Of a stretch of 64,000 nucleotides of DNA, positions 31,483 through 43,100 are shown piece after piece. The position numbers were made by a program, and so were the translations under genes. The DNA is from an uncultured cyanobacterium (GTDB lineage: Bacteria; Cyanobacteriota; Cyanobacteriia; Leptolyngbyales; Leptolyngbyaceae): positions 1 to 64,000 of the forward strand of contig CAVYAN010000051.1 of NCBI GenBank assembly GCA_963766075.1. Reading direction: 5' to 3'. The notes beneath the pieces were generated by a model that ran no database searches, was not told the DNA's origin, and worked only from the letters and a program-made list of their open reading frames with translations. Numbering within the stretch: position 1 is the stretch's first letter; every line of letters starts with the position of its first letter.

Positions 31483-33123
31483 ATGCGTGATTCCATCCTG
31501 GCCCTGGGTACGTTGGCGACTCTCATGACTCAGGATCTCGCCCACTTTACCAACATTGGGCAAAATCCCCTGCCCCCAGATTCTGACAACCCAGCTACCG
31601 AGGCTGAAAATCAGCCCACAGAGGCGATACCCGTCGCCAATGTGCTGGCAGTCCATCCCGAAAGTCATGATTTTCCAAGCTTTGTGGGCGATCGCCCCTC
31701 AATTGCCAGCACGTCTCGGCCTGCTCCCCGCTTAGCACCCATGGAGAACCCTGTCGCCCTTGCCCCAGTCACGACGGCTATCACGTCACAGCCAATCACA
31801 ACAGAGCCGACAACACCACAACCAATCACACCAGAGTCGGCAACACCACAACCGATCACACCAGAGCCAGCAACACCACAACCAATCACACCACACCGCC
31901 CCACGGCTAAGCCGATGCAAGCTGAGTCTGCCCTCTCATTGGCGATCGCCCCATCCCAAGGCCAGTCCGCGATCGCGGCGACATCAAATGCATCCATGAC
32001 TCCCCGCGCCATCGCCCCCGTCACCGCCCTGACCAATATCCAGACCCATCCTAAAGCACACGAAATCACCACTCTAGCTGAAAAGGGTGTGGTTGAAGGC
32101 TATCAGGATGGGACATTTCGGCCCGATAGCTATGTCACCGAGACAGAGTTTAGCCAAATGATGCAAAAGGCATTTTCGCGATCACCGGAGGCCACCCCGC
32201 TATTTGAGCGCCCCAGTGGCGTCGTCACCCGCGCTGAAGCGGCTGAATTTGTCTATCAAAAGCTGCTAGCAGCCCAGGCAATTGCCACCGATGCCCCCAC
32301 ATCTCGCTCCCCTGCCGCCATGCCGTCCACTCCTGTACGGACAGAATGGGCGGGCACCCTCCCACCTCGCAATCCAGTCGCAATCCCGACGCCCGACAGT
32401 TCTCCACAAGTGCCGCAGCGGTTGAATACTGTTGCTACTAATAATCGGAGCGATCGCCCTGCCCCTGTCGTGCCACCAACGCAACCATCGAATTTAGCAC
32501 CCCAAAAACAAACCCAGGAACAAGAACAGACTCAAAAACAGGCCCAGGAGCAAGCCCAAGCCCAAGCCCACAGGAAACTGCAACAAAAACTCGGGGGCCT
32601 GACGGGAACCAATAGCGCGACCTCAGTATCGACTTTGCGAATTGGCCCCATCCCACCCACTGGCGGATTCTCTGCGGGCCAATCCGTACAGGCCCAGCAT
32701 GGCCCCGGTCTGGATGTCGCGATCGCACCGGCACCAGCACCAGTCACACCGGAACGCACCGGCGATCGCCAATCCGCCGGGATGCTGCGCGTGAGTGTAA
32801 TGGGCGCGGTCAACCATCCCGGTCTGGTACAACTCCCCCTAAATGCATCCTTGACCACGGTCGTGCAGGCCGCAGGCGGCTTTCGCGAGCCCAATGCCTC
32901 CCACTCCCTAGAGTTGATTCGCCTGAACGACAACGGCACCATCACCCACCGAACCATCCAGGTTGACCCCACACCCAGCGACCCTGCGCCCATGGCCTTA
33001 CGCAATGATGATGTAGTGATTGTCAAACCCCAAACATCACCGCTGTGCCCTAGGGCACAGGGACAACCTGTCCCCCTGGTCATGCAGCTTTTGGACACAT
33101 CTTCACAGCCTGCCCTCGAATAA
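31483..33123 (+). CDS. S-layer homology + SLBB domain Pro-rich protein
   Basis: SLH motif GVVEGYQDGTFRPD..TRAEAA, SLBB motif VSVMGAVNHPG..QAAGGF..DDVVIV, and 30-bp TPQPITPEPA repeats at ~31790-31895. Confidence 0.75.
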   Translation: MRDSILALGTLATLMTQDLAHFTNIGQNPLPPDSDNPATEAENQPTEAIPVANVLAVHPESHDFPSFVGDRPSIASTSRPAPRLAPMENPVALAPVTTAITSQPITTEPTTPQPITPESATPQPITPEPATPQPITPHRPTAKPMQAESALSLAIAPSQGQSAIAATSNASMTPRAIAPVTALTNIQTHPKAHEITTLAEKGVVEGYQDGTFRPDSYVTETEFSQMMQKAFSRSPEATPLFERPSGVVTRAEAAEFVYQKLLAAQAIATDAPTSRSPAAMPSTPVRTEWAGTLPPRNPVAIPTPDSSPQVPQRLNTVATNNRSDRPAPVVPPTQPSNLAPQKQTQEQEQTQKQAQEQAQAQAHRKLQQKLGGLTGTNSATSVSTLRIGPIPPTGGFSAGQSVQAQHGPGLDVAIAPAPAPVTPERTGDRQSAGMLRVSVMGAVNHPGLVQLPLNASLTTVVQAAGGFREPNASHSLELIRLNDNGTITHRTIQVDPTPSDPAPMALRNDDVVIVKPQTSPLCPRAQGQPVPLVMQLLDTSSQPALE

Positions 33124-33150
33124 CGCCGATCAAACCCCAACGGGGCAAAA

Positions 33151-33819
33151 TCAGGCGGGTTGTTTAATGGCTAAGGTTAACCCATCGGCGATCGGCACCA
33201 TGCACATCGCCACCCGCGGATCGTGATGAATCTTCTGATTGAGATCGCGAATCTTTTGGGTACGGCTGTCTTGTACCGTGGGATCGGCTACAGCCCCACT
33301 CCACAGGACGTTGTCGATCGCAATCAAGCCACCTACCCGCACCAACTGTAAAGCCCGCTCATAATAGCCGTCGTAGTTACTCTTGTCCGCGTCAATAAAT
33401 GCGAAGTCAAAGCTATTGGCTTGTCCTTCTGCCAAAAACCGATCCAAACTTTCCAAGGCTGGGGCAATATGCAAATCAATCCGGTCGGCCACTCCAGCCC
33501 GTTGCCAATAGCGCTGGGCGATCGCCGTATATTCCGCACTCACATCACAGGCCACCACTTTGCCGCCAACGGGGAGTGCCAATGCCACCACTAAGGCACT
33601 ATAGCCAGTAAATACCCCCACCTCCAGGGTTTTCTTTGCCCCGATCAGTTGCACCAGTAAGGCCATGAATTGCCCCTGCTCCGGGGCGATTTGCATTTGG
33701 CTCATGGCATGCTGGGCGGTTTCCTGTCGCAGTTCCGTCAAAATGTCCGGTTCTCGTAAGCAAACGGATCGCAGATAAGCGGACAAACGATCATCTAATC
33801 CAAAGGTTGTTTTCGACAT
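33151..33819 (-). CDS. Caffeoyl-CoA-type class I O-methyltransferase
   Basis: MQIAPEQGQF, LEVGVFTGYS, FIDADKSNY, IDNVLWSG. Confidence 0.92.
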   Translation of the reverse strand: MSKTTFGLDDRLSAYLRSVCLREPDILTELRQETAQHAMSQMQIAPEQGQFMALLVQLIGAKKTLEVGVFTGYSALVVALALPVGGKVVACDVSAEYTAIAQRYWQRAGVADRIDLHIAPALESLDRFLAEGQANSFDFAFIDADKSNYDGYYERALQLVRVGGLIAIDNVLWSGAVADPTVQDSRTQKIRDLNQKIHHDPRVAMCMVPIADGLTLAIKQPA

Positions 33820-33854
33820 AGGTCAAGCGTGGGGAACTTCGTGAGCAAACACTA

Positions 33855-33902
33855 AAAGCCTAGGAGGATTAAAGCCTAGGAGGATTAAAGCCTAGGAGGA
33901 TT
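33855..33902 (+). repeat. Perfect 16-bp tandem repeat (AAAGCCTAGGAGGATT) x3
   Basis: Seen directly; followed by an imperfect 21-bp duplication at ~33911-33953. Confidence 0.9.
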
Positions 33903-34341
33903 ATAAATGGTGATCGATAATATTTGATGAATAATCGATAGTATTTGATGAATGTTTTATATCCCAAGCCCGATATTCCCGATGCGATATTGCTCATAAT
34001 TTTTCATAAAATACTCTCAGATTTTTGGGGCGATCGGGTGTAGAGTGCACGATGTTATTTGACGGTTTAGAAACTCTCCAGACAAGATGATGTAAAACTT
34101 TCCGGAGATTCTAATGCCTACATTGCGTCAAGAGCATACCCACTATTTCAAACCTCAAATAACTCAAATATTTCGCCTGAATAAAGGTCAAATATTTCAC
34201 ATTAATAAAGGTGCGGTTAGATTTTTCCTGTTTTTCCCGTTTTCAGAAACCTACACGCCATTAATATCGCCTTAATCATAAAGAGTCGCATCTTCCGCAT
34301 GATTCCGGAGCAGCGTCCCGTTTAACCTGTCAGGAGTCCCC

Positions 34342-34773
34342 ATGAATCTACTGAAGTACTTTGATCTGAATCAACGCGCCCGCCCCGTGCCCAGTGCCAA
34401 ACGCCCTGGAATGCCTCAAAAGGCTGGCCGTATTGCTTGGCCTATATGGGACTTTACCCAGCCCCAGAAGGTCTTAGAGGCGGCTTGGCTAGCCTTTACC
34501 CACCAGGAGGCTGGCAGTATTTCCATGGCGGAACAACTCCTGATGTACTGTGGCGTACTGGGCGGGGTCTATTTCAGTGGTGTGATTCGGGGGCAGGACT
34601 TCCGTCCCACCCTACTGTTGGCGGCGGTTGTGGCACTGATGATTATTCCGATCGCCTTCGAGAAACTCAGCATCAATCCCCGCGCCCCTCTAATTGTGCG
34701 TTTTGGGCTGTTTGTCCAGAACGGTGTGTTTTGGGATGTGCTGCTGCAAGCGATCGGGAATGCTCGACATTAA
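34342..34773 (+). CDS. Hypothetical membrane protein (about 3 TM helices)
   Basis: AGGAG RBS upstream and hydrophobic helices in the C-terminal half. Confidence 0.65.
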   Translation: MNLLKYFDLNQRARPVPSAKRPGMPQKAGRIAWPIWDFTQPQKVLEAAWLAFTHQEAGSISMAEQLLMYCGVLGGVYFSGVIRGQDFRPTLLLAAVVALMIIPIAFEKLSINPRAPLIVRFGLFVQNGVFWDVLLQAIGNARH

Positions 34774-34819
34774 TCGGGCATTACATTAATCCGGCATTAA
34801 TCACTGGCCGTCTGTTGAC

Positions 34820-34851
34820 AAGTCAGCGGGGGCGATCGCCCCCGCTGACTT
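34820..34851. repeat. Perfect 32-bp palindrome centred on HIP1
   Basis: AAGTCAGCGGGGGCGATCGCCCCCGCTGACTT. Confidence 0.8.
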
Positions 34852-34993
34852 TCCCGGATCTATCCCTTGACAGCAGCGCAAATTTTGATAGTGAAACGAT
34901 GATGATCTGGAAGTCCTGCCCCTGGAACGGGCGATCGAAAATCCTCCGTGTTTTCCTATCGTCAGTTGGCCGTTGACCCGCTAGAATGGATGA

Positions 34994-35178
34994 AGCTCCA
35001 CTGCGACGTTGGTGACTGCCAATAATGTTTTATGATCTATGCTTTGTTAAAAATGGAGTCTTAACGCCTAGCGGCAGTAAACCGAGCTTGTACTCGGAAA
35101 CTTTTAAGCTAAGGCACTCGGGTTCCCCCTGGCTTACGCCAGGTCAAAAACTGAGGTAAGACGGCGCTGCGGTGGGCT
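34994..35178 (+). ncRNA. ssaA: 6S RNA (cyanobacterial SsaA type)
   Basis: CCACTGCGACGTTGGTGACTGCCAATAATGTTTTATGATCTATGCTTTG resembles cyanobacterial 6S RNA. Ends pair, length ~185 nt, TAGAAT -10 at 34982, terminator downstream. Confidence 0.85.
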
Positions 35179-35206
35179 TTAGAAATTTGTAAGGAAGGTT
35201 TTAGGC

Positions 35207-35236
35207 AAGGGGTCGACTAAAGTCGGCCCCTTTTTG
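35207..35236 (+). terminator. Rho-independent terminator of 6S RNA
   Basis: AAGGGGTCGACT-AA-AGTCGGCCCCTTTTTT. Confidence 0.85.
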
Positions 35237-35387
35237 ATGGCTTCTCGTTTTGAAGGCCCTAATGCAGCAAGGCTGAATTAACAATTGAAAATGTAAAGTT
35301 AAAAATGCCGAGACTGCATAGCTTTTAGGGCTTTTCCACTGGACAGTTATTTCGATCTTGGTGTACTAATTAGAGGATATCCGAGCA

Positions 35388-35423
35388 CAGACCCCTGGGA
35401 TTTTTAGAAATCCCAGGGGTCTG
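35388..35423. terminator. Strong hairpin just downstream of the beta-barrel gene
   Basis: CAGACCCCTGGGATTT-TTAG-AAATCCCAGGGGTCTG. Confidence 0.65.
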
Positions 35424-35437
35424 CGAGCGCGGTTGCA

Positions 35438-37048
35438 TTAGAACATAAAGGATAATCCGGCTTTGAGGAAGAACCCTTGCAGGCTTAAATCTCCTTGATT
35501 TTCAGAAAAGGCACCGGGATTCGAGGCGTTGACAAACCGAATATTATTGACAGCGTTAAACCAATGCTGATATTCATAGCCTGCACTGAGGGAGAGACTA
35601 GAGGTTTTGGCCGCATTTAAGTGGGTGCTCCAGTCTAGCCCCACGGCCATATCCAGCACCGGCACAGTTTGCCGGACATTACTCTGGATATCGGCAATCA
35701 ATTCTGTCCCATCCACATTAGTTTCCTGGAACCGGGTAGAGGATTTACCAAAGAGGATGGAGGCAGCGCCCCGCCCAAACACACTGAATCCACTCCCCAA
35801 GGGTAGCCGCAGTTCTGCCCCCAACCGGGGACCTGACCCATGGAAATCATCGGAAATATTTACTTGCGCATTGCGAAAGGTTTGGCCGTTATAGGCAACG
35901 GACAGATCGCGATCCAGATTACCAAAGCGCCATCCTCCGAATAAGCGAGTTTGCAGTCCTTTGCCAATGCGGAAGCGGTAGCCTATTTCCAAGTCGGTGG
36001 TGTTGTATGCCAACTTGGCATTGGCGATCGCTGTATCGGCGCGATCATTCTGGAACGGCACCGTCAGAGTCGAGAACAAAAAGCCGGGAGCATTGGGATC
36101 ATCGGGAAAACCGGGGCGAGCCGCAGAACTGGAGCCGCGCGTATCGTAGGTGGTGTAGATCACCCCCAGATCCCAGGCAGATTTTGGCAAGCGATAGGTG
36201 AGGGCAAACCGCAGAGCCTCGGATTGCTGGAATTCCACATTGGATAATTGCCCACTGGTGGAGAGGGCCACCCCCGGATCGACAATGGCAAAATCCATGC
36301 CACTGCTGACATGGGGCCGCAGAAACAGCACCTCTGTCGAAAAGGTAAGGGCTCCGGTAGGATCATCGGGCACTTGGACAGTATTCATCGCGGGCGTACT
36401 GACCTGCTGTTTCAGGGACTCAATTTCCTGCTTGAGTTGCTCTTGTTGCTTTTCCAGCAGTTGGATGCGGTCTTCGGGGGTGGGGAAAGATTCACCACCG
36501 GGTACAGGCACCGTTACCGGGTCAGATTGCTGGGCCAGATTAGGTTGGACTCCTGGCGGTTGGACTACCGGCAGGAGTGGAGCGGCAGGGACAGCTAAGG
36601 GCTGAGTGGGCTGGGCCGGGATGGATTGGGCTGGCAAAGCAGCGGTGGGGGACAGTTCCCCCACCAAGGGGCGGGGGGTGATGGGTGTGCGGGCCGGGAT
36701 GCGGGGGGCGATCGCGGAATATTCTGGAGTAGCGCGGTCGGGACTCACAGCGAGAGGAACGGTACTGGGCGCAATGGCTGCGGCATTCGGGACAACTGGA
36801 TCAGATCCCGGTGGCGGGACATTAATCGGGATAGCCACGGAAAACTCCATCGCCGCCGGGGTTGGGGTAGGAGAAACCCCTACCGAAGTTGGTGCTATGG
36901 GCGGTGGCGAAATCTCGGGGAAGGCCGAAGATTCTGCGGACTCCGGCAGCGGAGCCTCGGGCACAGGCAGAGTGGTTTGGGCGGTTGCACTGTTCGCTCC
37001 CGCGATCGCACCCAGGGTAGCCACAAGTCCCAGACTTAGTTCTTTCAC
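35438..37048 (-). CDS. Outer-membrane beta-barrel protein, Lpg1974/Legionella MOMP-like, with Pro-rich N-terminus and coiled coil
   Basis: Signal peptide (VKELSLGLVATLGAIAGANSATAQ), amphipathic strands, GSGPRLG, AGYEYQHWFN, and DLSLQGFFLKAGLSFMF ending in Phe. Start inferred; the ORF is open to 37138. Confidence 0.75.
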   Translation of the reverse strand: MKELSLGLVATLGAIAGANSATAQTTLPVPEAPLPESAESSAFPEISPPPIAPTSVGVSPTPTPAAMEFSVAIPINVPPPGSDPVVPNAAAIAPSTVPLAVSPDRATPEYSAIAPRIPARTPITPRPLVGELSPTAALPAQSIPAQPTQPLAVPAAPLLPVVQPPGVQPNLAQQSDPVTVPVPGGESFPTPEDRIQLLEKQQEQLKQEIESLKQQVSTPAMNTVQVPDDPTGALTFSTEVLFLRPHVSSGMDFAIVDPGVALSTSGQLSNVEFQQSEALRFALTYRLPKSAWDLGVIYTTYDTRGSSSAARPGFPDDPNAPGFLFSTLTVPFQNDRADTAIANAKLAYNTTDLEIGYRFRIGKGLQTRLFGGWRFGNLDRDLSVAYNGQTFRNAQVNISDDFHGSGPRLGAELRLPLGSGFSVFGRGAASILFGKSSTRFQETNVDGTELIADIQSNVRQTVPVLDMAVGLDWSTHLNAAKTSSLSLSAGYEYQHWFNAVNNIRFVNASNPGAFSENQGDLSLQGFFLKAGLSFMF

Positions 37049-37152
37049 AATTAAAAACTCCTCAAAGTTATAAAAAAGGCAATGAATTTTAGGATTTAGA
37101 AGTTGAACTTTGAACCGAATCCGGCATCCAAACTTCAACCTCTAAAATTGAT

Positions 37153-40100
37153 TTAGGGAAAACTGACCATCAAGCTCCCTTTGGGGCTAAGGCTATTGCG
37201 GTTAGCCAAAATTTCGAGCAGATAGCGCTGGAGCGCGGGGCTGGGCAATTCCGCAAGGCGGGCATTGATACTCGGGGCGATCGCCTGCTGGTCCGACGGG
37301 CTAGGGCTAGTTGCCCGGATCACATTCGTACCAGAGCCACCGTCTAGGGTGTTTTCGGCTTCGCGACCTCCGAAGAGGTAGTCATTGCCCTCTTGTCCCT
37401 GGAGGATATCGGACCAGCGTTGTCCAAACAGAATGTCATTGCCCGCACCGCCTTGTATGGAGTCTTGGCCGAGGGTCTGAAGCGTGCTATTGAGGTTGCG
37501 ATAGATGATGTCATACAGGTGAGGGAGGGCTTGGGCAAAGTTGTAGGGTTCTTCGGTGTAATCTACTGAAGATTCCGGCAGGGCAAGGCCCAGATTGGTT
37601 TGACCGTTGAGGAAGGGAGCCGTAAACGTAGCTGTATCGCCAAAGATGACATCGTTCCCTGCACCGCCCGAAAGGGTATCGTTCTCCGCAATCAGCAGAT
37701 TGGATTGATTCCGGTTGGCATAGGCGATGCCGTATTGCTCATTGTGGAGGTCGCGAACCACACTCGTAATATCTCGAACGATGCCCCCGAGGCTTTGGCG
37801 CAGCGTCGCAGCTTGGGTGGCGGTGGTGGCGGCCTGGGTGAGAACGGGCATGATCAGGGTGCTGTACCCGCCGACAATCAGGTCATCTCCTGCCCCGGAG
37901 CCATTGGTATTGTCTCCGAAGACGATGTCGTTGTTGAGGATAAGGGTGAAGTCTTGGAAGTTGGAGCGGACGGCTTTAGGGGTGCGATCAAAGGCATAAT
38001 TGGCAATACTGCCGGGTTGGTAGCTAAAGCCATCTAGCACTGGAGAAAACACCATTGTGTCACCAGCCATGATCTGATCATTGCCATTGCCACCGCTGAC
38101 AATATCGTTCTTCAAAGAGAGAGTATAGGGGGATGCGATCGCCCCTGTATAAAGATCCAATTGACTGGTGATGCCTCCATTGAATTGGCTCAGTCCTTGC
38201 CTTAAATCGGTTACGGTTTGCAGAATTCTGGGTAGAGTATTGGGCTGCACTGCTGTTATGGCGCTGTATAAGGTTTCGTCGTCCGCAAAGACGAGATCTC
38301 TGCCAATGCCGCCACTAATGGTGTCATTGCCCACAGCCAAGGTTTGGGCCGATTTGCTGACGCTTTGGGCAATTTCCAAATCATGCAAGTCATAGAGCAG
38401 GTGATAAATCTGCGTGGTGAGCTGACTCAGAGCCTGATCCGTTTGGGGATTATTGGTCCGGAGGGGGCTGAAACTGCGGTAGTTGTCACCGATCAAGGTA
38501 TTGTTGCCGCTGCTGTCGCTAATGGCATCGTTCCCGGCCAGTTGATCCAGATGGTTGCTAATGTCCGGAATGATGGCCGCTAGGGACTGGTAGGTGATGC
38601 CATTGCGGGTGAGGTTGGCGATCGCCGGAATCGTATTGGGACTTTGTACAGGTGTGGGGGCCAGGGTCAGGGGTGCCCATAAACCGGGACTCATGGTCGG
38701 CGTGAGCGTAGCAGTAGGAATCACAATTGTTCCGAACTGCCCCAGGGCAAAGTTGAGCCCTGTCGCTTGCCCGATGATGTGCAGACCTCGGGTCACGGTG
38801 GGAATTTGTTGATCGAACGGGGCCAGGTTTTCGCTGTTATCGCCAATGATTAGGTCATCACCACTGCCACCAGCGATCGTGTCGTTACCCTCGTTGCCCT
38901 CGATGTAGTTATTGCCCGCCGTGTCACTGATGGTGTCGTCACCCCGCTGACCAAACAACGTATCGTCACCACTGCCCCCCGAGATGGTGTCATTACCGTC
39001 AGGGATAAAGGTCAGGGCTTGGACCTGGGTTTGGGATTGGCCATTATTCTGGACGGGGCTACCGTCAGGGTTATAGAGGCTATTCAGCAGAAGCAAATCA
39101 GCGGTGGCATAGACACTGCTGGGGACAGCATTACTGTTCCACACGTCCGTAATTGTGGCCACATCGGTGAGGAGAGCATCCCGATGCCAGGAACCATTGG
39201 TGTTGATGCGCGGGGTCCCATCGGGGTTGTAGGCCCGCAGAATTGCGCCCACGTCACCCAGCAGGACGTCCTGACCTGCGCCCCCCTCCATCAGATCATT
39301 GCCCAGATTGCCATAAATTTCGTCATCGCCTGCGCCCCCATCCATGACATCATTGCCGCGTTGACCATAGAGAATATCGTCACCCGTTCCACCATTAACC
39401 GTGTCATTGCCACCAATGGTATCGACATCATCAAATCGGACAACATCTCGAATAATATCGGGAAAGGGTGCGGGATAGCGTTGCCAATCGCTATTGCCTA
39501 GTGGTCGTCGGGTAATAATGCCATTATCGCCAATTTCAACATCGGCATTGGCCCCGCCATCGATGAAATCATTGCCATCGGACCCACCAATCACATTATG
39601 GCCGCCAATAATATCGTCTTCTCCAGCCCCACCAAAGATGAGATCGCCCCCCTGTTGACCTAGGATAAAGTCATCCCCTTGGTTGCCGTAGATGAGGTCA
39701 TTGCCACCGCCATCCGCCGCACCCGTGTCGATGGAGAGGTAGTTGCGATCGCGCGGTAAGGCTTCATACACCTTGCCGTGGTCGCCCAGGATTAAATCAT
39801 CAAAGCGCCCAGTGCCGGGAACAAGGTCAGGCACGACACCATAGACGGCATCAGCGGTTTTGGTAGTGCCATTCATCAGCCACATCGCCAGATCGTTGCC
39901 GTTTTGCCAAAGGATATCGTGGCGGCGATCGCCATCAAAATCGCCAAAGCCAATTGGCTGCCAACTGGCGGGTAAAATCGCCGGGGCAATTCCTTGATCC
40001 GCAATCACAGTCGATCCATTCATCAGCCAGACGGTCATGCCGCCGCCCGTCTGCCGCCAGAGGATATCGCCCTTGCTATCGCCGTTAAAGTCGCCCAATT

Positions 40101-43100
40101 CAACGATTTGCCAACTGTTGTCAATGGCAGCAGGGCCAATCAGCGGCGTGGCCAGCGGCGTGGGACCATTCATCAACCAGACGGCTACACGCCCACTGCC
40201 CGTTTGTCGCCATACCAGGTCTTGCCGCAAATCACCATTCAAGTCGGTCAGGCCCATGACTTGCCAATCGGCGATACCGCCGCCCATCAGAGTGCTGGAC
40301 TGCATCGTGTGTCCATTCATCAGCCAAATGTCTACGCGATCGCCGCTCTGACGCCACAGCAGATCATCTTTGCCATCCCCGTTGAAATCACCCATGGCAA
40401 TTTGGTTCCAGTCAGCAGAGATGGCACTGGGACCGACCAAGCCACTTTCGATCAAGGAAATGCCATTCATCAGCCAGGTATGGATTTCTCCGGTGGCATT
40501 ATTGCGCCATAGAATATCGCCTTTGCCATCGCCATTGAAATCGCCCACGCCCCGAATATCCCAATTCAACGGCACATTTCGGAACCCAACATAGGCGGTA
40601 GCAAGGTAATTCTTGCCATTCATCAGCCAGATACTGACATCACCATTGACGATATTGCGCCATAGGAAGTCATCCTTGCCGTCGCCGTTGAAATCAATCG
40701 TGCCTTCCAACAGCCAACTGGGATCGAGGGTATAGGTATATCCGCCATCAAGGACGCTGGTGCCATTCATCAGCCACATCAGCGTGCGGTTGTCTGCACT
40801 ATTTCGCCAGAAAATATCGCTCTTGCCGTCACCATTAAAGTCACCCGTACTGATGACTTGCCAGTCAGGCCCCAGCCCATCGACACCATCATCCCCGAAG
40901 ATCGTATCGTCACCCGTACCACCCAGAATTTGATCATTGCCTGCCCCGCCTAGGATGCGATCGCGCCCGCCATCGGTAGGATTCGTCGTGGTGATGAAAT
41001 CCAGGGTAGAAAAGTCACTATCAGCGGCCACCGTGGCATCGCCGCCATAGGCATAGTCCATGAAACCGTTATCGCCCAGGATTTTATCGTCACCCTGGTT
41101 GCCTTCCAAGCTATCGTCCCCAAATCCACCCAGAATCAAGTCATTATCCTGATTGCCCTGGATAGAATCGTTGCCACCGATGGCTGGGCTGATGGTTTGG
41201 ATTAACCGCAGGTTGCCGATGGTGTAAAGGATTTGGCCGTTGTCGCCGAGGAGTGTGTCGGTACCAAGGCCACCCGTGATGCTGTCATTATCCGCACCAC
41301 CCAGAGCGATATCATTACCATCATTGCCTTGAATGGTATCGCGCCCGCCAAGAGCCGAGTCTGTACTGGTGATGGCATCTAGCGTCGTTAGATCTAGATC
41401 AATGCCATAATCGAGGATGCCGTGATCGCCCAGGATGATGTCGTCGCCGTTATCACCCGTAATGGCATCGTTGGCGGTCCCGCCGAGGATGCGATCGCGG
41501 CCCTCGTTCCCCGCGATTACATCATTGCCGCCATCCGCTGGGGCAATGGTTTCGATGCGGGTAATGATGCCGCCGCTAAAACTGATTTGGCCATTATCGC
41601 CGAGTAAAATGTCGTCGCCAGCATTGCCACTGAGCGTGTCGTTGGCGGCTCCCCCTAGGGCAATATCATTGCCGTCATCCCCTGTGATGCTGTCGTTGCC
41701 GCCGATGCCGGTATCGGTAGTGACGATCCGATCCAGGGTGGTTAAGCTTTCATCCAAGGCGTAATCCAGCCGACCGCTATCGCCCATGATAATGTCGTCG
41801 CCAATATTGCCTGCGATCGTGTCATTGCCAAAGCCTCCCAGCAGCGTATCACGCCCCTCATTGCCGAAGAGACTATCATCGCCTCCAAGGGTCGGGAAAC
41901 TGGTGGCAATAGTTTCGACGAAGTTGGCGGCATTGCGAGTGATATAGCCACTGTCACCCAGGATAATGTCATCTCCAATACCGCCAAGGAGGGTATCGCC
42001 GTCATTCAAGCCGGGACCGCTCTGATCCGTGCCACCGGAGCCGCCAAGAATCGTGTCATTGCCCGCACCGCCCACAATGCTATCGGTGCCACCAAAGCTT
42101 GGATCCGTGGAAAAAATATCGTTGGCAGCAGCGGTGCCATCATTGCCGACAACAACTCCATTATCGCCAAGTAAAATATCCGCACCATCTCCGGCAGTGA
42201 TTGTGTCATTGCCGCTGCCGCCGAGGGCAATCAGCGTACCCTCGGTGTCGGTGATTAAATCATCTCCGCCGTTTGCCGGGAACAGCGTAGCAATTCGTTC
42301 GACGACATTAGCAGCGTTACGAGTGATGTAGCCACTGTCGCCCAGGATGATGTCATCCCCGGCTCCTCCGACCAGGGTATCACCGTCATTCAAGCCGGGA
42401 CCGCTCTGATCCGTGCCTCCGGAACCACCGAGGATCGTATCGTTGCCTGCACCGCCTACAATGCTATCGGTGCCACCAAAGTTTGGATCCGTGGAGAAAA
42501 TATCGTTAGCTTGGCTAGTACCGTCAGCGCCAACGACAACACCGTTATCACCCAAGAGAATGTCTGCACCATTCCCGGCAGTAATGGTATCGTTGCCGCT
42601 ACCGCCTAGAGCGATCAAGGTGCCTTCAGTGTCGGTGATTAAGTCATCTCCGCCGTTTGCCGGGAATAACGTGGCAATTCGTTCGACAACACTGGTGGCA
42701 TTGCGAGTAATGTAGCCACTATCGCCCAGGATTACATCATCTCCGGTTCCTCCGGCCAGGGTATCGCCGTCATTCAAGCCGGGGCCACTCTGATCCGTAC
42801 CGCCGGAACCACCGAGGATCGTGTCGTTGCCTGCGCCGCCCACAATGCTATCGGTGCCGCCAAAGGCTCCATCTGTGGAGAAAATATCGTTAGCAGCAGC
42901 GGTGCCATCAGCACCGACGACAACGCCATTATCGCCAAGTAAAATATCCGCACCATCTCCAGCGGTAATCGTGTCATTGCCGCTGCCGCCAAGGGCAATC
43001 AGCGTACCCTCGGTGTCGGTGATTAAGTCATCGCCGCCGTTTGCCGGGAACAGCGTGGCAATTCGTTCGACGACATTAGCAGCGTTGCGGGTGATGTAGC

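Noticed and set aside
33855..33953. Short repeats as a CRISPR array
   Set aside because: The units are contiguous with no spacers, and there are no cas genes in the window
34437..34976. 179-aa ORF
   Set aside because: Out-of-frame overlap with the better-supported 34342-34773 gene, and it runs through a hairpin region
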